Notes: generated from the sequence alone by a model not told the origin. 41,476 nucleotides of DNA from an uncultured Gammaproteobacteria bacterium (GCA_964513275.1 CAZELN010000003.1:1-41476), one strand, 5' to 3'. Shown: positions 8,317 through 15,180, numbered from the stretch's first letter. A program made the numbers and translations.

Positions 8317-9600
8317 TTATACATGTGAGGTAAGTCTTTCAGGTGCCTCGAGCCATTCATGTACCCGCACGGCAGCGTCCTCGAGTTTCACGAGGCGAGC
8401 TTGTTCTTCATGCCGTTCTTTCCACTCAACCGATTCTTCTGCCAGTGACTTCGTCGAAATAACAAGCCGCAACGGAATGCCGATGAGGTCCGCATCCGCA
8501 AACTTCTCGCCGGCGCTCACGCCCGTGCGGTCATCCCAAAGCACCTCTATGCCCGCGTCCTCGAGTTCATCGATGAGGCTCGTCGCCGTCTCTTCAATTC
8601 GGCTATTTGCTTCTTCATCCTTGCCTGTGATCGACACCACATACACATGATATGGCGCGACACTCTTAGGCCAAATCGTGCCGCGCTCATCATGATGCAC
8701 CTCGACAATCGAACCCATAACTCGCGATGGCCCGATGCCATAGCAACCCATGATGATATCGATGTGCTTCCCATCGGATCCCGAAACCTTCAGGTCAAAC
8801 GCGTCAGAGAATCGGCATTCGAGCGGAAAGATATTTCCCACTTCAATCGACTTTACGATCTCGTACTTCTCTTCATTCTCTTGGTCGGCTTCTGTGACGA
8901 TTTCCTTGTTCATCGCCTCACCTGTCTTGCGGTCGATATAAATTTTGTCCTCGCCAGCGGGAGTGGGAACCTGAAACTCGTGCGAGTGTTTGGTCGTGAA
9001 TACTCCACCAGATGCGGCCGCAACAATCGCGTTTAGGCCACAGCGTCGATACACTGCCAGATACGCCGCTTTGGCTTTCTCGTAAAACTCGAGGAAGTCC
9101 TCTTCCGTGAGGTGGAAGCTGTAGAGGTCCTTCATCGAAAATTCTCGTCCTCGCAAAAGTCCAGACTTTGCCCGCGGCTCGTTACGAAACTTGTCCTGGA
9201 TCTGGTAGAGCGCGACAGGAAAATCACGGTACGAATGGGCATAAGCTTTTACGAGTGGTGTAATCACTTCCTCCGCGGTCGACGAGAGTCCGTATTCTTT
9301 TCCGCCCGCGCCTTCCAGCTTGAACATGACATCGATCTTTTCCCAACGTTCCGTGGCATCGTAAAGCGCACGCGGATGCAACGCGGGCATCAGCACTTCC
9401 TGCGCGCCTAGCTTGTTCATTTCGTCGCGGACGATTGCTTTAATCTTGGTGAGAACGCGAAGTCCCAGCGGCAAGTACGTGTACACACCAGCCGTGACCT
9501 GATTAATAAATCCCCCCTGTGTGAGCAGTCGGGCATTGGCAGAGTCCGCATCGTGTGGGGCGTCTTTGCTCGTTTTTCCGAACAGTTGAGAATAACGCAT
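8317..9600 (-). CDS. proS: Prolyl-tRNA synthetase, short form without the INS editing domain
   Basis: MRYSQLFGKTSKDAPHDADSANARLLTQGGFI..., class II motif 2 FRNEPRAKSGLLRGREFSMKD, and a C-terminal anticodon-binding domain. Only 427 aa. Confidence 0.92.
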   Translation of the reverse strand: MRYSQLFGKTSKDAPHDADSANARLLTQGGFINQVTAGVYTYLPLGLRVLTKIKAIVRDEMNKLGAQEVLMPALHPRALYDATERWEKIDVMFKLEGAGGKEYGLSSTAEEVITPLVKAYAHSYRDFPVALYQIQDKFRNEPRAKSGLLRGREFSMKDLYSFHLTEEDFLEFYEKAKAAYLAVYRRCGLNAIVAAASGGVFTTKHSHEFQVPTPAGEDKIYIDRKTGEAMNKEIVTEADQENEEKYEIVKSIEVGNIFPLECRFSDAFDLKVSGSDGKHIDIIMGCYGIGPSRVMGSIVEVHHDERGTIWPKSVAPYHVYVVSITGKDEEANSRIEETATSLIDELEDAGIEVLWDDRTGVSAGEKFADADLIGIPLRLVISTKSLAEESVEWKERHEEQARLVKLEDAAVRVHEWLEAPERLTSHV

Positions 9601-9609
9601 AATGCAGAA

Positions 9610-9638
9610 ATCCTACCAGATCGACTCACTTTCGACAA
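9610..9638 (-). promoter_or_regulatory. Sigma70-like promoter of proS (TTGTCG-17-TAGGAT)
   Basis: On the reverse strand, TTGTCG is at 9638-9633 and TAGGAT at 9615-9610. The ATG is 9 nt downstream with no SD. Confidence 0.45.
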
Positions 9639-9664
9639 AAAGAAAATCTCGACCGAGGGTCGAG
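9637..9664 (-). terminator. Rho-independent terminator upstream of proS
   Basis: Perfect 7-bp hairpin CTCGACC-gag-GGTCGAG (9648-9664), followed on the - strand by ATTTTCTTTTT. Confidence 0.65.
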
Positions 9665-9670
9665 CGAGTG

Positions 9671-10024
9671 TCACTTGGGTTTCATGTGTCTGATCTGTCC
9701 AAGAACCTCTATCAAGCGAATGGGAAGCGGAAGGTCGTACCCGTGTTGGCAAATGGCACACCGCCAGCCACGTCTCTTTTTTTTGAGCGAGACGTGTGCG
9801 ATTTCCATGGGTTGCTCGCAACAGAGGGGTTTAAACCTCAGGCACAAGCTGATGTGCTTGGTGATATCCTGGCAACCAGAGACATGGGTACAGCTATAGC
9901 AATTCATGTGTCCTCCTGCGATGATTCCATCTGGCCGTAGCTGAGCCAGTGAGCCAGCATGCCAAACAATCGCCTGGACGTCAACTCTCTCACTCACTCT
10001 GTCAACGGGAAGTGACTTGCACAA
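9671..10024 (-). CDS. Hypothetical Cys-rich protein (117 codons, TTG start in track)
   Basis: 9 Cys including two CxxC pairs (CYSC, CAIC). The ORF ends 7 nt before the terminator hairpin. No ATG or SD at the annotated start, so the coding status is uncertain. Confidence 0.35.
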   Translation of the reverse strand: MCKSLPVDRVSERVDVQAIVWHAGSLAQLRPDGIIAGGHMNCYSCTHVSGCQDITKHISLCLRFKPLCCEQPMEIAHVSLKKKRRGWRCAICQHGYDLPLPIRLIEVLGQIRHMKPK

Positions 10025-10059
10025 AAAATATCTCTGCGTGACTCGGACGCGGGTGTTTT

Positions 10060-10407
10060 TTATGCAGCCATATTTTTCAACACATCCGACACCTCAATGT
10101 ACCGAGCTTCATCTTTCCTTCGAAGTTCTCGAAGCTCACCTAATTTTTGCCGACGTCTGACTGGATCCGCCATCTGGCCTACTCGTTCCTCAGAAGCCCT
10201 ATACCTGTCTAAAGCCTTTTCAAACATTTCTTTTTCATCTCGCAAAGCCTGCACACTAAAACGCTGTTCAATTTGACCACGCACTTCTGCCGCGCGGACA
10301 TGTGAACGCAATCTATGGGGCTGCACCGCAGAGCAGAGCGACTCGTTCTGCGGGATGCTCGGTTTCCTCCTGCTGGCGCTCCTGATCTGGTTCGCGGGTT
10401 TCTGCAT
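10060..10407 (-). CDS. Hypothetical charged/coiled-coil protein (115 aa as drawn)
   Basis: AGGAG lies 6 nt upstream of ATG 10407. The first ~30 codons lie in a high-GC patch and may be antisense to another frame (see findings). The C-terminal 55-80 aa are AT-richer and helix-like. Confidence 0.45.
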   Translation of the reverse strand: MQKPANQIRSASRRKPSIPQNESLCSAVQPHRLRSHVRAAEVRGQIEQRFSVQALRDEKEMFEKALDRYRASEERVGQMADPVRRRQKLGELRELRRKDEARYIEVSDVLKNMAA

Positions 10408-10520
10408 CTGAGACTCCTACAAGATGCGGACGGATCCCGCCTACCGCGCCCACTCCGAGCGGATCCTCCGCGAGTACGACGAGAAGCAGCGCCGCGACGG
10501 CTACTGATCGGCTCGCCAAT

Positions 10521-10555
10521 GGCTCACCCAAGCACGTACGGTGCAAAGGTGAGCC
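10521..10555 (+). terminator. Symmetric two-tier hairpin, terminator-like on the + strand
   Basis: GGCTCACC-caa-GCAC-gtacg-GTGC-aaa-GGTGAGCC (8 bp + 4 bp), followed by TATTAATTTTGAT. Confidence 0.35.
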
Positions 10556-10610
10556 TATTAATTTTGATCGAAAACAAAAACCGACCCGTACAAACTGATC
10601 GATTTTTCTC

Positions 10611-10687
10611 TGGTGCGGCCGGAGGGATTCGAACCCCCGACCCTCTGTTCCGAAGACAGATGCTCTATCCAACTGAGCTACGGCCGC
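10611..10687 (-). tRNA. tRNA-Arg (anticodon UCG), CCA encoded
   Basis: Manual cloverleaf: acceptor GCGGCCG/CGGCCGC, D stem GCTC/GAGC, anticodon stem TCTGT/ACAGA with loop CTTCGGA, T arm GGGGG-TTCGAAT-CCCTC. 77 nt. Confidence 0.9.
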
Positions 10688-10696
10688 ATGGCGCAA

Positions 10697-10740
10697 AGGC
10701 TACCCAAAATCTTGACGCACGTCAATTGAATTGGCATACT
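10697..10740. promoter_or_regulatory. Back-to-back tRNA promoters sharing a palindromic -35 region
   Basis: + strand: TTGACG 10712-10717, 17-nt spacer, CATACT 10735-10740. - strand: TTGACG 10725-10720, 17-nt spacer, TAGCCT 10702-10697. The core is the palindrome TTGACGcaCGTCAA. Confidence 0.5.
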
Positions 10741-10752
10741 GTTGCCGTTCGC

Positions 10753-10827
10753 GCGTCGGTAGCTCAGGGGTAGAGCAGGAGACTCTTAATCTCTTGGCCG
10801 TGGGTTCAAATCCCACCCGACGCACCA
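10753..10827 (+). tRNA. tRNA-Lys (anticodon CUU), CCA encoded
   Basis: Acceptor GCGTCGG/CCGACGC, D stem GCTC/GAGC, anticodon stem GGAGA/TCTCT with loop CTCTTAA, T arm GTGGG-TTCAAAT-CCCAC. 75 nt. Confidence 0.9.
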
Positions 10828-10832
10828 CAAAG

Positions 10833-10879
10833 ACACCCTTCGACTTGGTCGTCAAACAACCTCGCTCAGGGTGTTTTTG
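10833..10879 (+). terminator. Possible terminator after tRNA-Lys
   Basis: ACACCCT...AGGGTGT stem with a large loop that contains the small hairpin CGAC-ttg-GTCG. It is followed by TTTTTGTTTGTTT. Confidence 0.35.
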
Positions 10880-11489
10880 TTTGTTTCCATTGTGTAAGTT
10901 TGCCGGCTGTAATTTCGATCTCGTCCGCCCGACGTAACGTGTTTCCTTGACCAGCACGAAGGATGTTGGTGTGCGGCGCGGCGTTAAGCGCATCGACGAT
11001 GTACCACAGGTCTTGTTCATCCCCCATCCAATTTCGTCGGTGAAACCTAGTGAGATCAACGGGGCGTGAAAAAGAACGGAGTGTCTTGCGTCCATCATCA
11101 AGAAAATACTCGTGGAAGTAGGACACAGCAAGTTCACGAACCGTTCGATAGACCGGCTCGCGGTACCGCAGCATGGCGTGGTTAGTTTTAGAAACCGCCC
11201 CCCATCGCCCATGCTCCTGAAACAATGCGACCACATGGTCATCGTCTCCGCGGACTGAAACAAGATCCAACAGCAATGGCCGTCGTCCTTGAAGCGCAAA
11301 CGCGCACACAGCAAAGAGCGCCCCTTCCATACAATGAGCCCGATTCGCTTTCAGGACCCGCCGAGGCGACATCATGGTATCGCCATCATCGCAAAAATTC
11401 GCTGGCATCTGATTCAAAAAATCCTGAACCCGCCGTGGCGAATTCAAGGATTTTAATGTCTTGAGTTCTTGTGTTGTGAGTCCTTGCAC
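10866..11489 (-). CDS. Conserved hypothetical protein, possibly a papain/transglutaminase-fold Cys peptidase-like protein
   Basis: RAHCMEGALFAVCAFAL...GDDDHVVALFQEHGRWGAVSKTN suggests a Cys...His arrangement. The track ORF (to 11705) overlaps rnc, so I start at GTG 11489, 1 nt after the rnc stop. An alternative ATG is at 11408. Confidence 0.55.
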   Translation of the reverse strand: MQGLTTQELKTLKSLNSPRRVQDFLNQMPANFCDDGDTMMSPRRVLKANRAHCMEGALFAVCAFALQGRRPLLLDLVSVRGDDDHVVALFQEHGRWGAVSKTNHAMLRYREPVYRTVRELAVSYFHEYFLDDGRKTLRSFSRPVDLTRFHRRNWMGDEQDLWYIVDALNAAPHTNILRAGQGNTLRRADEIEITAGKLTQWKQTKTP

Positions 11490-11490
11490 A

Positions 11491-12186
11491 TTACCAGCTC
11501 TTAGCCGCAATGCCGGCTTCTGCGGCCGCGACCTGTGCTTCTTGTTTTGACGTTCCCATTCCGGTCGCAACTTGCTCCTTCCCCAGAAACACGCCGACCT
11601 CAAATTGTTTTTGATGGTCTGGTCCCGTCTCGGATAAAACTTTATAGGATGGTGTAATCCCCAAATGTTCTTGCGCGGCCTCTTGAAAACGACTCTTTGG
11701 ATCAATATACAAACGGTTCTTCAAAATGTTTGGAAGCTCACACAACACGCGTGTGTTAACAAATTCCTTGGCTGCCTCCCAACCTCCATCCAAATAAATT
11801 GCTCCAATAATCGCCTCAAATGCGTTGGCGAGGATATACTTACGCGCCTTGGAATCTTTATCCTTGGACTCACCCTTGGAGAGATGTAGGTACGGCTCAA
11901 TCCCGAGTTTCGCGCATAGTCCCGCAAGCATTTCCGCGTTCACGAGCGCCGCGCGCCAGTTCGTGAGTTCGCCTTCTGGATTCTCATAGTTCTGGTACAG
12001 ATGCTCTGTCACAACCAGTTCAAGTACGGCGTCACCCAGAAACTCAAGTCGCTCGTTGTGGCCAAGGGGAAAATCAGGATGTTCATTGAGGTACGAGCGA
12101 TGAACAAGCGCCTGGCGTAGCGTGTCGGTATTGTGAAACGTCACGCCAAGGGTTTGTTCCAGATCGGAATAGTCTTCTTTAGGCAT
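11491..12186 (-). CDS. rnc: Ribonuclease III
   Basis: HRSYLNE...NERLEFLGDAVLELVVTEHLY signature plus a C-terminal dsRBD (GPDHQKQFEVGVFLG...GTSKQEAQVAAA). Confidence 0.95.
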   Translation of the reverse strand: MPKEDYSDLEQTLGVTFHNTDTLRQALVHRSYLNEHPDFPLGHNERLEFLGDAVLELVVTEHLYQNYENPEGELTNWRAALVNAEMLAGLCAKLGIEPYLHLSKGESKDKDSKARKYILANAFEAIIGAIYLDGGWEAAKEFVNTRVLCELPNILKNRLYIDPKSRFQEAAQEHLGITPSYKVLSETGPDHQKQFEVGVFLGKEQVATGMGTSKQEAQVAAAEAGIAAKSW

Positions 12187-12192
12187 AGGTGG

Positions 12193-12657
12193 TTAGGGGG
12201 TTAGTGGATGAACATTTTTGTCTACTTCCTTTATTTCACCGCGAGCGACCATGTCTTTATAGATGGCACCCAAGACGCCATTCACGAACCGACCAGATGC
12301 CTGGCCGCCAAATCCCTTGGCGAGTTCAATGGCCTCATTGATCGCAACTTTCGCGGGAATACGCTCGTGAAACTTCAGTTCAAAGATGCCGAGTCGCAAC
12401 ACATTTCGATCAACGACCGTGATGGCATCCAACGGCCAATTTGGAGCAAAGTGGACAATCGTCTCATCAATCGTTGGACGATGACTCACCACACCTTGAA
12501 CCAGCTCTCCAATAAACCCCTCGTCGTCAAACTTGGGAGCAAACTCCTCACGGTTAAACGCAATAATTTCCGGAAGTTTGCCTTCCGGCTGGCCTAGAAA
12601 GTCCCATTGGTAAAGCGACTGCAAGGCAATCGTACGTGAAAGATGGCGGTTGGACAT
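12193..12657 (-). CDS. nusB: Transcription antitermination factor NusB
   Basis: RHLSRTIALQSLYQWDF..., DRNVLRLGIFEL and INEAIELAKGFG. The start is moved to ATG 12657. Confidence 0.88.
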   Translation of the reverse strand: MSNRHLSRTIALQSLYQWDFLGQPEGKLPEIIAFNREEFAPKFDDEGFIGELVQGVVSHRPTIDETIVHFAPNWPLDAITVVDRNVLRLGIFELKFHERIPAKVAINEAIELAKGFGGQASGRFVNGVLGAIYKDMVARGEIKEVDKNVHPLTP

Positions 12658-12703
12658 AAAGATAAAGAACAAAAGAACGTCTCAAGCCAGAATACTATAG
12701 CAG

Positions 12704-12730
12704 AAAAAGCATCGGGTTACGATGCTTTTT
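12704..12730 (-). terminator. Rho-independent terminator overlapping the rpmF stop codon
   Basis: 11-bp stem AAAAAGCATCG/CGATGCTTTTT with a 5-nt loop. On the - strand the GC core is followed by TTTTT. Confidence 0.6.
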
Positions 12731-12992
12731 CATCTTGAGACTCAGAAGTCTCTCCATGGTCATGCGTCTGATGATCGTGAGCAGAGACGGCTTTCTTGGC
12801 TTCACGTTTCATGTCGCGAGTCTTGTTGACCATCTGTTTACCCTTGTAAGTCCCGCAGTTCTTGCACGCCGTATGCGGCATGAGTGGCGCCTGACAGGTG
12901 GTACAAACACCGACATTCTGAGGCTTCATGGCATCATGAGCTCGACGTCGGCGAACGCGGGATCGTGAGTGTCTACGTGCTGGTACTGGCAT
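12717..12992 (-). CDS. rpmF: 50S ribosomal protein L32 with a C-terminal extension
   Basis: MPVPARRHSRSRVRRRRAH...CTTCQAPLMPHTACKNCGTYKG (L32 zinc-ribbon) plus a tail of about 35 aa rich in Lys, His and acidic residues. The start is moved to ATG 12992. Confidence 0.88.
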   Translation of the reverse strand: MPVPARRHSRSRVRRRRAHDAMKPQNVGVCTTCQAPLMPHTACKNCGTYKGKQMVNKTRDMKREAKKAVSAHDHQTHDHGETSESQDEKAS

Positions 12993-13021
12993 AGAAAAAT
13001 AGGTGTGAAATAACGGTGGCG

Positions 13022-13050
13022 ATGGTAACAAAAAGATTATTTTCTGTCAA
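13022..13050 (-). promoter_or_regulatory. Sigma70-like promoter of rpmF (TTGACA-17-TACCAT)
   Basis: On the reverse strand, TTGACA is at 13050-13045 and TACCAT at 13027-13022. Confidence 0.45.
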
Positions 13051-13083
13051 TAATTTCTACATTTCCATTCCTTTTTCTCCTCC

Positions 13084-13112
13084 TTGCACCATACCCCCAG
13101 AGGGTATATGAT
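13084..13112 (+). promoter_or_regulatory. csoR/copper operon promoter with an embedded CsoR-type operator
   Basis: TTGCAC 13084-13089, 17-nt spacer, TATGAT 13107-13112. The inverted repeat ATACCC-ccaga-GGGTAT (13091-13107) fills the spacer. Confidence 0.6.
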
Positions 13113-13124
13113 GTACGCAACTTT

Positions 13125-13391
13125 ATGGAAAATCGAAACGCCAAAAGTCTCCTGCGTCGTCTCAATATTGTCGAGGGTCAGATTCGAGGCCTGCGCGAGC
13201 TCATCGCAAGCGGCGCGTATTGCATCGATGTCATCACCCAGACCTCCGCCGTCAAACAGGCGCTTTCCGGCGTCGAGGATATTCTCCTTGAGAATCATTT
13301 GAGCACCTGCGCCGTCAATCAGATCAAGAAGAGCAACGAAAAGAAGGCCGTCGACGAAATCATCAAGGTATATAAATTGAAACGTCGGTAG
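13125..13391 (+). CDS. csoR: CsoR-family copper-sensing transcriptional repressor
   Basis: 88 aa. LLRRLNIVEGQIRGL, with ligand triad C33/H58/C62 spaced identically to M. tuberculosis CsoR C36/H61/C65. Confidence 0.88.
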   Translation: MENRNAKSLLRRLNIVEGQIRGLRELIASGAYCIDVITQTSAVKQALSGVEDILLENHLSTCAVNQIKKSNEKKAVDEIIKVYKLKRR

Positions 13392-13393
13392 AT

Positions 13394-13798
13394 ATGTTAT
13401 CGGCTTTCGCACCAATTATCGGACGCTTCCTCCTCATCCCCGTCGCGTTGAGCGGCGTGTGCTTGAGCATGTTGTTTGGCGTACCGATGGCTGGCGCGAT
13501 GGAGCCGACCCAACAAGTCATGTCCATCGATGATTTGGACAACCACTCAATGACTGTTGTCGAAGACCAAGGCGACAAGACGCAACCCGGATGCTGCACA
13601 ACCGTGCGGATGGAACATGATACTGAGGCGACGGCCCCGGATCACGGGAAAACGTCCGTCAACTTTCTCGTCGCCGACCTTCCGCGCGAAATATTTTCTT
13701 GGCAGATTGTTTACTTAAAATCGGCACAAACCACACGCAGCTACTCGCCTCCTCACCAACCATTTTCCCTGATCGGAACCATCATCAAACGCGAATAA
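13394..13798 (+). CDS. Hypothetical membrane-anchored or secreted protein in the copper operon
   Basis: The ATG is 2 nt after the csoR stop. N-terminal hydrophobic segment. A CC pair and several His/Met residues (QPGCCTTVRMEHD). Confidence 0.6.
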   Translation: MLSAFAPIIGRFLLIPVALSGVCLSMLFGVPMAGAMEPTQQVMSIDDLDNHSMTVVEDQGDKTQPGCCTTVRMEHDTEATAPDHGKTSVNFLVADLPREIFSWQIVYLKSAQTTRSYSPPHQPFSLIGTIIKRE

Positions 13799-13845
13799 CA
13801 AACGATGCTCATTAAGGCTCAGTCTTAATTTTGTCGTTTGTTTTT

Positions 13846-15180
13846 ATGCATCAAAAAATCGTTCCCATTCGCGGCATGCACTGCCGCTCCTGCGAGTTAC
13901 TTCTTGAGGACGCCATTGGTGGAGTTCAGGGGGTCACGAAAGTGAAGGTGGACTTTCGCAAAGGCCGCGCGACCATCAATCACGGCTCGGACATCCCAAG
14001 CCAGAATGAAATCGCAAATGTCGTGAAACAGGCCGGATATGAAGTCGGCGAGCCGGGCAAGCTGCCTTGGATCACGAAGAACGCCACGGACTGGCGGTAC
14101 ATCATTTTCGGCTCGATATTCCTTGTCATTTTTTACTATGCCTTGCGTGGCACCGGGATCTTGGACTTCTCCCTCGACGAGAAAGATGTCACCACAACCT
14201 TCGCGTTGCTTCTTGGCATGGTCGCTGGCGTCTCCACCTGCATGGCGCTCGTCGGCGGACTCATCCTCGGGGTCGCCGCCCGACACGCGGAGCTGCATCC
14301 TGAAGCGACGCCGTGGCAGCAGTTCCGCCCGCATCTGTTCTTTAACGCCGGTCGCGTGCTCGGCTATGCGCTCCTTGGCGGCCTGCTCGGTACCCTTGGT
14401 GGATTCCTGCAAATCTCGGGCAGCGTTCTTGGCATTCTTACCCTCGCCGTTGGTGCGGTCATGATCGTGCTTGGTATTAAACTCACGAACCTTTCCCCGC
14501 GCATCTCCACAACTTCATTCACGCTTCCGTCTTCAGTCGCCCGCTTCCTCGGTCTCTCCGAACACCAAAAGGAATATAGTCACAAGGCATCAATGCTCAC
14601 CGGAGCGCTGACGTTCTTCCTGCCGTGCGGATTCACCCAAGCGATGCAATTGTATGCGATTAGTACCGGTGACTTCAAAACGGGTGCCATCGTCATGGGC
14701 GCGTTCGCGCTCGGAACGGCTCCCGCACTTCTCGGCATCGGCGGACTTTCGTCGATCATGAAAGGAACGGCGGCGCGAATGTTCTACACGGTCGTCGGCA
14801 TCATTGTTATCGTCTTCGGTGTCTACAACATCCAAAGCGCGATGGCCGTTCTTCCTGTCTCACAACCCACGGAGGAACTCAACTACACCCCAGCTAATGG
14901 AGGTTTTGAACAAGAAGACGTCCAAATTATCAAAATGACCCAATCCGCTTCCGGCTATTCCCCGAAGACCTTGCGCGTCAAAGCGGGCATTCCCGTACGT
15001 TGGGTAATCACGTCCGAGTCGTCATTCACCTGCGCCTCGAGCATTGTAGTGCCGTCTCTTGGAATCCGCACGAACCTGAAGAAAGGCGAAAACGTCATTG
15101 AGTTCACCCCGACTGAAAAAGGATCCATCCCATATTCCTGCTCGATGGGGATGTATCGCGGAACTATTCTTGTTGAATAA
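13846..15180 (+). CDS. Tri-domain protein: HMA metal-binding domain, multi-pass membrane (DsbD_2/TauE-like) domain and a cupredoxin-like C-terminal domain
   Basis: GMHCRSC (MxCxxC), about 6 TM helices with FFLPCGFTQAM, and C-terminal KTLRVKAGIPVRWVITSES...YSCSMGMYRG. The start is moved to ATG 13846. Confidence 0.75.
   Translation: MHQKIVPIRGMHCRSCELLLEDAIGGVQGVTKVKVDFRKGRATINHGSDIPSQNEIANVVKQAGYEVGEPGKLPWITKNATDWRYIIFGSIFLVIFYYALRGTGILDFSLDEKDVTTTFALLLGMVAGVSTCMALVGGLILGVAARHAELHPEATPWQQFRPHLFFNAGRVLGYALLGGLLGTLGGFLQISGSVLGILTLAVGAVMIVLGIKLTNLSPRISTTSFTLPSSVARFLGLSEHQKEYSHKASMLTGALTFFLPCGFTQAMQLYAISTGDFKTGAIVMGAFALGTAPALLGIGGLSSIMKGTAARMFYTVVGIIVIVFGVYNIQSAMAVLPVSQPTEELNYTPANGGFEQEDVQIIKMTQSASGYSPKTLRVKAGIPVRWVITSESSFTCASSIVVPSLGIRTNLKKGENVIEFTPTEKGSIPYSCSMGMYRGTILVE

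Noticed and set aside
5498-8321. Shared 11-mer TGGCGGATTTT at 5499-5509 and 8311-8321, flanking the helicase region, as possible target-site duplication or terminal repeats
   Set aside because: The match is only 11 nt. Both copies are the 3' half plus T-tract of terminator-like hairpins, so convergence on a terminator motif is the simpler explanation. I did not see a longer flanking repeat.
9601-9670. Possible T-box or attenuator leader for proS (a terminator hairpin sits just upstream of the start codon)
   Set aside because: I found no T-box consensus (…GGGTGGTACCGCG…), no specifier-loop architecture and no alternative antiterminator pairing. A -35/-10 pair fits between the hairpin and the ATG, so the hairpin more likely terminates the upstream unit.
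10313-11314. ORFs 10313-10696 (-), 10315-10773 (+), 10700-11314 (-) and 10731-10937 (+)
   Set aside because: They run straight through the two tRNA genes and their promoters, so they are artefacts of ORF calling.
13047-13415. 122-aa ORF antisense to csoR
   Set aside because: It overlaps the csoR gene, whose C-H-C ligand spacing is diagnostic, and also overlaps the rpmF/csoR promoters.
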